This document shows, piece by piece, positions 37,900 to 50,074 of a stretch of DNA of 64,000 nucleotides. A program made the position numbers and the translations under genes. The stretch's first letter is position 1; every line of letters begins with the position of its first letter. The DNA comes from Octopus sinensis (Eukaryota). Below the pieces are notes generated by a model. It saw only the letters and a list, made by a program, of their open reading frames with translations. It was not told where the DNA came from and did no database searches. Location of the stretch: the NCBI RefSeq assembly GCF_006345805.1, contig NC_043018.1:9238001-9302000 (forward strand), written 5' to 3'.

Positions 37900-38340
37900 G
37901 GGGTGGTGCAACAGTTTCAAACCTGGCCAAACCTGAGTGGAGCACAAGGCAAGCTTGGGCAGACCGTGCACAAGCTGAAACAGAGCCAGTTGAGAAAGTC
38001 CAGCAATTATGTAAGTCTGTCGTGTAACAATTATTCAGGAAATTTCTAAGTGGGAAATAAGTACAGGATCAGTGCATTCCATTTTAATGGATTTGTGCAT
38101 GTGGAGAGTGTTGGTGAAAAACAAAATAGTCAGTTTTTGAACTTCGTAATTCAGGCTTTCCTGGTCAAGAACAACACGCCATTTGTTCGACAGACTCTCC
38201 TGCCAGAAATCAGTGTGACTTCTGGTTCTTTCCCAAACTGAAAACCATACTGAAAGGGAAGCAAGTTGAGTCATAAGAGGAAATTATGAGAAAAGCAAAG
38301 CAACAATGGACTACTTTGGATTTCCAGAGCTTCAGTGGTT
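37900..38340 (+). mobile_element. Tc1/mariner transposase relics
   Basis: Degenerate CDFWFFPKL.T.LKGK (mariner PDLAP.D region) at ~38210-38265 and a GRP motif at ~37960. Confidence 0.5.
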
Positions 38341-40624
38341 AACGAATGCTCAATCCAAAACATTGAGGGTTCAAATCCATACAACAGTTTGACCTTAACA
38401 TTTATATTGCAAGTTATTTTGTAAGAATTTTTTTTACATTTTATTTGAAGGTGAATTTCATAATATAATGAATATAAAACTGATTAAATGAATCTCCAAC
38501 TTTTATGTAATTTTGTATAAAAATAAACACGCTTTTTCAAACACTGAGTTTAAATTTTCCATCTAATATTATAGTTATTGATGGTCATTCTGTTAACCCT
38601 CTAAATACTAAACCCTCTTGAGACTACCTTTGTGCTCAAATTGAAATTAATATCTTTCACAAGCATTATAACAAAAGGCATTGAGATTTTGCCACTGTGG
38701 TACCGTGTACAGGTGTCTTCTGCTGTATAAGACTGGACTGACCAGTGCCTTGTGAGTGAAAATGGTACAGAAGCTTGTGTGTGTCTGTAAATATACCATT
38801 TATTTTTAATGGTTGAATGTGAAGTAAAGCTAACAATAACAGCATTGGGTTAACACACCTGGAATACAAAGTCAAAAACCTATTTCTACTCACTTTGACA
38901 CCTCATCATCACTTATCTATTTTCATTCCCACCCTCTCTTTCATAACTTTTATGAGTAGTCATACAGCTCCTTTGCAGCAAGAAACCTGTTCTATCCTTG
39001 TTCCTCTTAACCTCATCTCATAGCATGGCCACTTCTCCCAACTCCATTCAGTTGAGGGGTTCTTAGTCTTGTGGGTTTCACCTTGCCAGTGCTGGCCCCG
39101 TGAAAGAAAAATAGCACTCAATACAAGCAGTAAAGTTATCATTGATAAGTGCATCAAATCGTAGTAAAAACCATGCCAAAACTGATATTGGAACACAGTA
39201 CAATATTTGAACCCATCAGATACTGTGTGTGTGTGATTGACTGAGAGATTATTTCTATTTGCTGATTGTCAACGAAAAACTTGCTGTTCAAACATTTGTT
39301 TGCAATCCTCTGCAAAAAGCCTGTCTCAGTTCCTTGTGCTGTGATAGACTGGGGGATTGACATTACTTGGAAAAAGTTGAGGGTTGGTGTCAGGAAAGGC
39401 ATCCAGCCATAAAAAAAATTCTTCATTGAAGTGTTTGATTCATGCATGGGTATCTAAATACAATGATGATTCTCTCATTACAAATATAACTTCAACTACA
39501 AAATCAGTTCTGCATCTGTCTTGAACCACAGAAGCTTTTTATTTACACTTTTTAAGAAAAATAAATTTATCAAAATAAAAATTTTGAATATATATCATAA
39601 TTTAAAATTTAGTCAAATTCATTAAAAAATATTGCCAGATGAATTAGAAAAGCGAAGATTAAAGGGTTTTTGGTAGAGAACTACAATAAAATATCTTTGT
39701 ATTTTAGTGTGGGGATGAAGATGAAAATTGGCAGATGACTCCATTTATTTGGTTATTTAGTGATTCTGAAGATATAATTTGGTAAATTTTCTTCAAATAT
39801 TTCTTTTGATTGCCCCTTTCAAAGGCAATAATACATTATGGAGAGGATCTTAAAATCAATTACTATATTTTACTCATGTATAATGCAAGGATTTTAAAAT
39901 ATTTTATGTCACAATTGGGGGGTGGCGGACAGCATTGTATCCTCAAAATCAGAACAGTGAACACAACAAACCTGTGAAAGTGGTAACACCTGACTGTGGC
40001 CATCTTGGACACATGGTAATTAATTCTTTTAGCATTTTGAAAGTGATTAATTTAGAGATTAAGTTTACATGACAGTTACTGATGATTTGTTAAATGAAGA
40101 AAAATGTGGTGGAAAGATATCATGTTGCCTTAAAAAATAAATAACTATGGCTGCTACTTAGGGGTTGGCATTATGTAAGACCAAATGTTACCAATTTTTT
40201 TTTTATTTTTATTTTTTACCCCAAAAACATGGGTGTCAAGCACAATTTGAAGCTGAATTTGTACTCTAGTTGATATGGCAGTAGCAACATTTTTGTGTGC
40301 AGGATTCTGTTTAATTTAGTCTCCGACTCTCGGAGTAGTTTTATACCATTTGGAAAAGGAATTGTAAATTTTTTTCTTTTTTTTTTTGGTATTTTTAGGA
40401 ACATTGTATAAAAGATTTTTAAAAAAGCACCGAAATGTCTTGAGATACTTTCTGCCAGGCTCATTTCGAAAGTATCTGTATAATTGTTAAAATACAAAAG
40501 AATGAACAAATTGCCTAAATCCAGAATTTTTTTAGCAGATTTTTCTACCATTTACTCCTTCATGTTTAGTACAAGTCTTGGATTATTCTTCAGTTATCTT
40601 GTTTTAATTATCAGAGAACCTGGT

Positions 40625-40790
40625 TCAAATGGAGACGGTAACAGACTGGTTATTAATTGTGGACACACTAGCACCGACATTCTGTGTACTCGTTGAAGCA
40701 ATTGCTGGTGGCGGTATGTGTTTACCAATTATGTTGACAGATGAAAGTCTCCCTCGTTTGTACATACTAACAGCATTCACTGCAAGAATC
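40625..40790 (-). CDS. RING-CH membrane E3-ligase-like gene, terminal coding exon
   Basis: Acceptor TTTCAG at 40796-40791, phase 2. (K)ILAVNAVSMYKRGRLSSVNIIGK...VTVSI, stop TGA at 40627-40625. Confidence 0.8.
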
Positions 40791-40864
40791 CTGAAATAAT
40801 AAAAAAAAAGAGTAAGGCAGATAATTACAACTGAAATTTTAGATGTAATTCATCCAATTCTTCC

Positions 40865-41250
40865 ATGACCTTAAACGATACTAAGCCCAACCACACACGT
40901 GCTATCATCACACACACACACACACCTGCACGCACGCACATATCGACACTTACACACACACATACCTCCTCTTGCACTCTCCTGTCTTTGAAAGAACTTT
41001 TTCTTCACCCATTCCCTTCTGGTCATTCAAAATGTGACCGTGTGTGTACCGTTGGCGATTTTTTTTTTTTTTTTTTTTTTTTCCTTTCTTTCTTTTCCTC
41101 CGTCTTCCCTTCTTTGGATCTTTCTTTTTCGTATGTTTCTGACAAAGAGCTCCGCTCAAAACGTTAAACCCTCCTTCTTTCCCGAGCGTCCAATAATACT
41201 ATACTTGTTCCACGTCCTCACGTTGTTGTGTTTTCATGTTTGGATTTACT
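40865..41250 (+). mobile_element. Penelope-type short repeat with a degenerate hammerhead
   Basis: GTTT-CTGACAA-AGAGC.TCC.GCTC-AAAA-CG-TT-AAAC at ~41135-41169 (two core changes). Inverted homolog of 48290-48490. Confidence 0.65.
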
Positions 41251-42453
41251 TTATATTAGTACTTTACTTGTTTACGGACATAGATCCTTCCTGAGTCAGA
41301 CTCAAAGGGCCAGTTTTTTGTGGGGCATGTTTCCTCCTGGATAGAATGCCAGTCTGTCACAGAATTACTCATTTTTGCCACCTGAGTGTACTGGAGCAAT
41401 GTGAAATCAATTGTTTTGCTTAAGAACACAATGCATCTCCTGTTTGAGGAATTGAAACCACAATCTTATGACCATGAGTCTAACAGCCTAACTACAAAGC
41501 CACATGCCTTCACTTAAAAATAGTGCATCATAAGATGTTGGGATATAGTGAGGAGGAAGCAGGAGTCCTAATTGTTTGGATTCTGAGATTGCTGACCTTA
41601 ATTTTTCACCTAATAAAAATATAATCTTCAGCAACAGAAGGTTTCGAAACAAACAGGTACAAATCCTTGTAAGGTTCCCAACAGATGTGTACCTTATGCT
41701 AGTGTCTGTATCTACAGCAGGTTGAATCTTATTTTCAGTAATACAATAAAGACCACTTCCAAAAAGATTCTAATGATTCTGCCATTTTATCACCATTTTC
41801 AAAGAGAGGATAATTACACGACAATAGCATACTACTGTACATTTAATGACCATGAAACATTCTTCAGAAAAAAAAAATGGATGCAATTGGACACACCAAG
41901 ACTGAGCCTAGATTTTGGTTATGACAAATTCTTGACTAACATTAATTCCTTCCAATTTTTTTTTTTTTTTCAAATATATTAATAGAGCTGGCAGAACTGT
42001 TAGCATGCTGGGAAAATGTATTTTCTGTCTTTCTGTAATGAATTCAAATTCCACAAAAGTTGACTTTGCCTTTAAAAATAAAAAAGTTATTTAGATCTAA
42101 ACTTGATTGGTGGCATTACTCTCCTATAGTGTTGCTACAAATTTTGATGCAAACTTTTTCTACTGGACCAAAGTGTAGCGAGGGACAAGTCCTCTTCAGA
42201 AATGTTAAGTTTTCAATTTGGTTAATGACTGAATTAGCAGCAAGCTCTGAAAGATGCTGCATGTGAGTAAATTCCAGCCTTAAGAATATTATTCAACTCC
42301 TACAATAGTTGAATGATATCTTTAAGTTATGAATCAAATACCAACTTATGGTAAAACTTATTTTATTAAATCCTTCCATAGACTAGACTATTTTCAAAAT
42401 TACTTGAACTAGGTTATATATTCCATCAGAAATATGGCTGTCAAAAGCTTTAA

Positions 42454-42671
42454 CCCTTTTGTTACCAACCCGGCTGAAACCGGCTGTGGCTCTGTAGTAC
42501 AAATGTCTTGTTTTCATAAGTTTTGAATTAAAATCTTCCAAACCTTAGTCACAATTTATGTTCCTAACACTAGCTTAATGATGACTAAGTTATTTTACTA
42601 AATTCTTTGTTATATTTTAAATAATTGAAATAAACACGGAGCATCTCAAAATAAATACGGTAACGAAAGGG
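42454..42671. mobile_element. piggyBac-like MITE
   Basis: TTAA TSD at 42450-42453 and 42672-42675; TIRs CCCTTTTGTTACC / GGTAACGAAAGGG. Confidence 0.85.
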
Positions 42672-44270
42672 TTAAGCCAACATCCACAAGATTTCAAAGT
42701 TAAAGGTTAACTTTTCTGGTATTTTACTGATACTAGAGAAATAAGGTGAAGTATTTAGTGATTTAGTCTACTGTATCTTCTCATTAATATTCTGCTTTAA
42801 ATATATTAATGCAAACAGTCTAAAACAGATTGGCCCAGATTAAGTATGTGTGGTTAAGTTTGCTTCATAATCACACATTTCCATGTTTGACTCTGGTGTG
42901 TGGTGGTTCCTTCAATATCATTGACCAATAACTTGTATAATGCACACTCTCATATAAAATATGAAGTCCTGAGTCATATCCACAACAAACCTGTCCCTAC
43001 CCCTCATACATCTACACTTCACATGGGTACAGTCTTGCATCCTTCCTCTTCTGGTGAGTTGGAACTCTTTAGCAAGTTACAAGGCAAACTCACTAGTCAG
43101 GATATCACAAAAAAGTCCCCAGGGGTTTCTTTTAAGTTGTTGTTATGAAGGGCAATCAGTCATAGGAATTATGCCAAAAAGGACACTGGATCAAGCTGTG
43201 GTCTGTTGACCTGGTGGATTGTCTAAATGTCCAGCTCACGACAGTGTGGTATATGGATGTAAAAGTGATAAGGATGATTATATATAATCTTTATCAACCA
43301 TGAAAAGATAAAAAAAAAAAGAAGCAAAGCTGACCTTAATGGGGTTTGAACTCAGATTATAAAGACTATGAGGATTTATCACCATCATTGTTTAATGTCT
43401 GTTTTTCATGTCGGCATGGGTCAGATGGTTTGACCGGAGCTGGCCAGATGGGAGCTGTCCAGACTGCAACTGTCCAGACTGCAACTGCCTGTTGTGGCAT
43501 GGTTTCTGTAGTGACGCCTGGTTCCAGACGCCATTTTGGGATTTTCATCCATGCATGCGCAGGGATTAGAGCCTTCCTTTAGGCCTGCTGGAAGCCCCTT
43601 ATGCACATGCGCAGTCATCAGAGCAGCTAGGCTTGACCGATTCTCTCTTCGCCCCTGCTGCCAACCGAGACGGACATGGCTTGACCAGCTCCGTGTGGCT
43701 GGAATTCTGAAGGCGATCCACATCTTCAGCGAATCTGTGAAGAATGCTTTCACAATTGTGATTAAACTGACTCCACTGCTTTCCACACCAAGGTGACCGG
43801 GCTACCAATTGTCCAGAGATGTAACGCTTGTACAGACAGAAAAATAAATATTGTTATTTGTTCGGAGATTCTTGTTCCCGCTATTTTCCTTTCCACGACT
43901 ATTTAAAGAATTGTGAGGCACCCATCCAGTACCAACTTCACCTCCTACATTTCTATGACTGGATGTTCTTTCTAACACCAACCACTTAAGTGTGCTGGGT
44001 GCCTTTTATAAACCATCAGCATGGGTACTTTGGATTTGATAGCTATATACCTGCAGTATACTACCAATATGACACTTCATGGTTGTTTTAGCTTACGGTA
44101 AACTCAATGTTATGGTGCCTACCAGTCTTGGTGTCCTACATGTTGGACACTTACATTCTAATGAAAACTGTAATTTACATATAACATTCAAGCGTTTGTT
44201 TTTTGTATACCATGGTAACTCTGGCTATAACCCCGTGAGTAAAACCAGTAAAAGAATAAAGATTACTTAC

Positions 44271-44464
44271 TTCATGCTAATTATTTCAAATATTGCTGTG
44301 AATCCAATAACTAATGCTTGTACGTAAGTTGGCAGAATCTTGCGAGAGATTGCGTACGTTCCAAATGGACAAGCCACCATTGCAGTCAAAACAAAGGACA
44401 CTTGAATCCAATGTTTGATTTTTGTACCTTTTGGCAACCAATAATGGCTTTCTTGAAGGGAATA
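44271..44464 (-). CDS. RING-CH gene exon encoding two C-terminal transmembrane helices
   Basis: TTTTGCAG acceptor, GTAAGT donor, 194 nt, phase 0 to 2. YSLQESHYWLPKG..HWIQVSFVLTAMVACPFGTYAI...VQALVIGFTAIFEIISM. Confidence 0.88.
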
Positions 44465-44880
44465 CTGCAAAATAAATAGCATTACTTCATTAAATTTTCT
44501 TTTAACGACCAAGTTTTATTTTCATAAATAAAAAACCTTCCATGTCTTTTTTAAATTGTTCTTGTTTTTTTTCCTTTCTTACGGACACAATTCTTTTCTC
44601 TCGTATGTATTACTTTCTCTCGCTCTTATCTCTTCCTCCTTTCTTCCACAATAATCTTCTCACACACACATTGTCTTTTCTTTCTCTCTCTCTCTCTCAC
44701 ATCATCTTCCTTTCTTTCACAAAATGATTTTCTTATACTCATATCTCTTCCTTCCTCCTAAACAATAAAGTCTGTCAATAGAATTTGGATTCATCTTTTG
44801 TTCAGACAGTTTCGGTTCTCTAAGGAACAACCAAACTTTAATCCTTTTGAGGGACAGTGTTTCGACATGTATAGCCAAAA

Positions 44881-45256
44881 ACTCTTTACACTTTTACTTG
44901 TTTCAGTCATTTGACTGTGGCCATGCTGGAGCACCGCCTTTAGTCGAGCAAATCGACCCCAGGGCTTACTCTTTGTAAGCCTAGTACTTATTCTATCATT
45001 CTCTTTTGCTGAACTGCTATGTTACGGGGATGTAAACACACATGCATCGGTTGTCAAGCGATATTGGAGGGACAAACACATACACATATATATGATGGGT
45101 TTCTTTCAGTTTACATCTACCAAATCCACTCACAAGGCTTTGGTCGACCTGAGGCTATAGTAGAAGACACTTGCCCAAGGTGCCACACAGTGGGACTAAA
45201 CCCGGAACCATGTGGTTCGTAAGCAAGCTACTTACCACACAGTCACTCCTATGCCA
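44881..45256 (-). mobile_element. tRNA-derived SINE, family B (CORE-like). Further copies at ~45745-46100(-), 53029-53480(+), 54078-54477(-), 56017-56380(+), 56933-57325(+), 59017-59421(-), 63135-63450(+)
   Basis: GGAGTGRCTGTGTGGTAAG A-box, GGTTYAGTCCC B-box, CACCTTGGGCAAGTG, internal (TG)n, tail ..GACTGAAACAAGTAAAAG. Confidence 0.85.
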
Positions 45257-46499
45257 AAAAGGCCAAAATTTTTTTTTATATTGAGATAACATCTGCTGAA
45301 AGATGATCTCTGATTAGCTATTACACTTCAGAACCAACCATTCACAACATTTGTTCCATCGGGCTGATGGATTGACCCCCAAAGTCCTTTCAGCTTGTAT
45401 TACTCAGGTTGATCAATTGGTTTAGGTGTTCCAAGAGGTTTAACCCTTTAGCATTCAGATTACTCTCTCGAATGTGATGCTTATTTATTCACATTGTTTT
45501 TAATGACCTCGTGTATTTTTAGAATAACACTGTGAAAGGTTAGAGTTGGCTAGTTTGAACATAAAACAGAATGTTTGGGTGGGATATGAAGTAAGCTGTT
45601 GTAAAATTTAAGCTCATGAGTAGGGATCATGTTCTATACAAATGCTTCTCAACCATTTTTTATCTCTGAATCCCTTTCATTTCCCATTTTACTGCAATCT
45701 AATAAATATTTGATTTTTAAAAAAAAGACCAATTATATTTTTATTCTCTTTACTCTCTCTCTCTTACTTGTTTCAGTCATTTGACTGTGGCCATGCTGAA
45801 GTACTGCCTTTAGTCAAGCAAATCAACCCCAGGACTTATTCTTTCTAAGCCTAGTACTTATTCTATCGGCCTCTTTTGCCGAACTGCTAAGTTACAGGGA
45901 CGTAAACACACCAGCATCGGTTGTCAAGCGATGTTGGGGGGACAAATAAAGACACGCAAACATATACACACACACACATATATACGATGGGCTTCTTTCA
46001 GTTTCTGTCTATCAAATCTATTCACAAGGCTTTGGTTGGCCTGAGGCTATAGTAGAAAGTGCCATGGAGTGGGACTGAACCTGGAACCATGTGGTTGGTA
46101 AACAAAAAAAAAACTCATTCTTTTATTGCTTTCAGTCATTGGAATGTGGCCATGCTGGAGCAATGTCTTCAACAGTTTAATTGGTCATATTGATCCCAGT
46201 ACTTACATATATCTAATTCTTATTTTACTGAATACTTTGTCAAACCATTAAGTTATAGGGGAAAATGTTAACAAGGAAACACATTTATTATAGGATTCAG
46301 TATAGTTTCTATCTGCCAAATTTAATTTGCAAGGCTTACTGACCCAAGGTTATAACATTTTTCTAGGTAGGATTGAACCTGCAACCACAGAGTTGCAAAT
46401 TGAACTTAACCATTCAGTTACATCTACATCCATTTCATTTTACTTTATCATTTTCAAAGGTTTTCAATGCAAGAAGGAAAGAAAAAAAAAAATGCTCAC

Positions 46500-46547
46500 C
46501 TTTTCCAAACAAACTCTGCAAGTGGCATTTGCTGCGGTTGATTCACT
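46500..46547 (-). CDS. RING-CH gene micro-exon supplying the last Cys pair
   Basis: TTTATCAG acceptor, GTGAGC donor, 48 nt, phase 0-0. SESTAANATCRVCLEK completes C4HC3. Not present in the ORF track. Confidence 0.88.
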
Positions 46548-46679
46548 CTGATAAATAAAACAAACAAATATTTTATGTCCATCTTCACAAAAAACGAGTT
46601 CCTAAAAACATTGTTTGTCAAGCTTTCTTCAAAACCCCCATTCTTCCATTACTCTTCTAACTATGGCATTAGTCACTCT

Positions 46680-47056
46680 GCTGCTTTGTTTGTTGAGTGA
46701 AGCGGTCTTCGTCCCATTAGTGGCAGAAGTCTGAAATGTTTGCCTTTGCTGTTCATAAGACCCGCAGAAGAGAAAGTAGGTCAACCCCCGACACCGAGAA
46801 CATCGACGGATGGACAAATGCGCATCCAGGCTCAGCAGTTGCGTATGAAGTCGGGGACAAGAAACAGGAAGACAGAGTGAGAGAAAGTTGGAGCAAAAGA
46901 GTACAACAGGGGTCGCCACCACCCCCTGCCGGAGCCTTGTGGGGCTTTAGGCGTTTTCGCTCAATAAACACACACAACGCCCGGCCTGGGAATCGAAACT
47001 ATAATCATCTGACCACAAATCCGCTGCCCTAACCACTGGGCCATTGTGCCTCCACT
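46680..47056 (-). mobile_element. tRNA-derived SINE, family C (second copy ~47355-47550)
   Basis: GGAGGCACAATGGCCCAGTGGTTAGGGCAGCGG head and GTTTCGATTCC B-box on the minus strand. Confidence 0.7.
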
Positions 47057-48379
47057 GCTGCTGCTTCTTCCAATCAGATCTCATGCCACGAACCACAAAG
47101 AATAATCTCTAATTCGAGCCTCCTCTAAGCTACTAAGAATGTGTGTGGCAACTTGAAGATCCACCCACCACACATGATAGACTGGCGGTTGTACGGGCAC
47201 GAAAGCTACGTTGTTATCCTCATTCCGTAAACGATGGCTTTTAACAGGTGGAGAGCTGAACCATTCTGAGGTACAGAGGATTCGCAATCTAGACTAGGGT
47301 CTGAAAGTTTACCACACCATAGTGGGTTACACCATGGTTCCTCTGCTTTGTGGCAGAAGTAGGAAGAAAGAGTGAGAGAAAATTGTGGTGAAAGAGTACA
47401 GCAGGGTTCACCATTGTCCCCGCTGGAGCCTCATGGAGCTTAGGTATTTTTGCTCAATAAACACTCACAATGCCCAGACCGGGAATCAAAACTGCATTCT
47501 TACAACCGCAAGTCCACTGCCCTAACCACTGGGCCATTGCACCTCCACTTCTGCTGCTGCAAAAGAGCAGTAGCACACACACTTCATCTCTCTTTTGTTC
47601 TGCCAAATGTCACTCTCCTTGGAACCTTTTGTAAGCCATCCTGCATTCTCAATATCATCCCTTACAACTTTTTCTATTTCCCACTAAACACCCCCTCATA
47701 TCTGCTATCACTATCTCCCCTTCTGCCCTGACCCACTCCTATTTTCCTCCACTTTCACCCCCAGATTAAGATTCATGCCTTCACACATGTTCACCATTCA
47801 CTTCTATCATCTCTAACCATCTGTCGCTCTCCTTTCGTACGCTTACAAACCTTTCCCTTAACCTTCTTAGTCCTCTCTGTCCCTATGTTCTGCTTGCAAG
47901 GGTTGGACACAATTTATTAAAGTAGACTTTCTACATGCCAACAGAACCTTGCACACATGCCACATAAAAAGCACTCGGTCCACTCTGTAAGACAGTTGCT
48001 GTTTAGAAGGGCATCCAACTATAAAAATCCTGCCAAAACAGACAGTAAAGCCTTTTTTGGAAACAGGTGAGGGTTGGCAGCATGAAGTGCATCCAACTGT
48101 AGAAAATCTGCCTCAACTAATTCTGTCTGATCCATGCATTGACCCATGCATGCATGAAAAAGCAGATATGGAAACCATAGTTTCACACGTAAGTATGTGC
48201 ATGTGTATATATACATACACACGTGTGTGTGTGTGTATATCTATATATTTATGTATGTATGTATGTGTGTATATATATATATATAGTTTAATCCAAACAA
48301 GAAAACACAAAAAACAAAAACACAACAACGCGAGGACGTGGAACAAATAAAGTATTATTGGATGCTCAGGAAAGGAGGG

Positions 48380-48413
48380 TTTAACGTTTCGAGCGGAGCT
48401 CTTCGTCGGAAAC
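48380..48413 (-). ncRNA. Minimal type I hammerhead motif in an intronic Penelope-type repeat (48290-48490), sense to the host pre-mRNA
   Basis: GTTT-CCGACGA-AGAGC.TCC.GCTC-GAAA-CG-TT-AAAC; palindromic AACGTT stem III; U4C core change. Confidence 0.65.
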
Positions 48414-48734
48414 ATAGGAGAAGGAAAGATCCAGAGAAGGGAAGACAGAGGAAAAAAAATCGCCAGCGATACTCACGAGGTCACATAGTGAAAAAAAAGG
48501 AAAATTATAATAAAGCAGAATGCTAAATTGAAAGTAAATTTTAATAAAAATGGGTGTATGGAAAATTAATTTAAAATTTACTTTCAATTTAGCATTCTGC
48601 TTTATTATAATTTTTCCTCTCCTATCATTTCTCCACATGTGTTCAACACAACCCCACCATTTACTGATATATATATATATATAACACATATGTGTATTTG
48701 TGCACGTGTTTTTCAATATGTCTAATTGACTTAC

Positions 48735-48874
48735 CTCAACTAACCATTGTCGTAGACAGTCATGGTGCACAGCAGACATGTCCCCTTTACATTTGCAGGC
48801 TTGAATGAGAGGTCCACAGCTGACATTCTCTGGGTCATAACATATCCAACACAAGAGGTTCTGATCATCAACTA
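48735..48874 (-). CDS. RING-CH (RINGv, MARCH-type) zinc-finger exon
   Basis: TTGCAG acceptor, GTAAGT donor, 140 nt, phase 1 to 0. CWICYD....GPLIQACKCKGDMSAVHHDCLRQWLVE. Confidence 0.93.
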
Positions 48875-49246
48875 CTGCAAATATATCATAATAAAAAGAA
48901 AAAAAACAACAACACATCAGTATTAATTTGGTTTTTAGATTTCATTCTCTTTGTAATTTTGTTTGTTTCTAACCCAATGTGAGATGTTGCTCTCATCAAA
49001 TACAAAACACACACATTATCAGAAATGTACAGAGGACAAAACCTTGCTGGACACCTATCTCTAGACTAAACTGGAGTTTTTTAGCATCCATATTTGTATG
49101 ATTTGTCTGCCTTAAGATAACCTTTTTTTAGTGTCTACAATAGTATAAAAAAAAGTGTTAATCTCTTTAGGCACAAGGCCAGAAATTTTGAGGAATTACT
49201 TAATACCATTGGTTACTGTACTTGGATGGTATTTTATTTCATGAAA

Positions 49247-49479
49247 GGCAGTGAGCTGGCAGAATCGTTAGCATGCTGGGTGAAATGCTTAGTAGTATTT
49301 CGTCTGCTGTTATGTTCTGAGTTCAAATTCTGCTGAGGTTGACTTTGCCTTTCATCCTTTCGGGGGTCGATAAATTAAGTACCAGTTATGCACTGGGGTC
49401 GATATGGTCGACTTAATCCGTCTGTCTGTCCTTGTTTGTCTCCTCTGTGTTTAGCCCCTTGTGGGTAGTAAAGAAATAG
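49247..49479 (+). mobile_element. Family A SINE (another copy at ~56664-56853 on the minus strand)
   Basis: Homologous to 13403-13636; flanking GGTATTTTATTTCAT duplication. Confidence 0.85.
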
Positions 49480-50074
49480 GTATTTTATTTCATCAATCCA
49501 AGAGGAATAGCTGGGCACAGTTATAACAACGAGGGTTCCAGTTGATCCAATCAACCAAACAGCCTGCTTGTAAAATTAACATGCAAGTGACTGAGCACTC
49601 CGTAGACACACATATCCACCCGTTAAGGGTGGGTCCCAGCAAGATTTAGTAGGATACAGAATGTGACAAGGTTGGCCCTTTGAAATACAAGTGTTACCCA
49701 TTTTTGCCAGCTGAGTGGATTGGAGCAACATGAAATAAAGTGTCTTGCACTGCTGGGAATCAAACTTGTGACCCTATGATCATGAGCTGAAAACCCAAGC
49801 CACTAAGCCATATGCCTTTACCCTTGAGGAATAATAAGCAGATATCACCTCAGCAGGATTTGAACTCAGTGTTGGTAAAAATGTTTTGTTGCATTCGTTC
49901 CAGGTCTTTACATTCTGTTCTTCAGAAAATTAATGGTTTTATATGTTGACACAATGTCAGCAATTTGAAGGTGGTGGTGATGGTAGTTGATTACATCAAC
50001 CCCAGGACTTGACAGGTACTTTATTTTATTGACTTTGAAGGACAAAGTTGACCACAACAGAATTTGAATCTCAA

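Noticed and set aside
43590-43630. CTGATGA followed by a hairpin on the minus strand
   Set aside because: No GAAA or cleavage stem follows.
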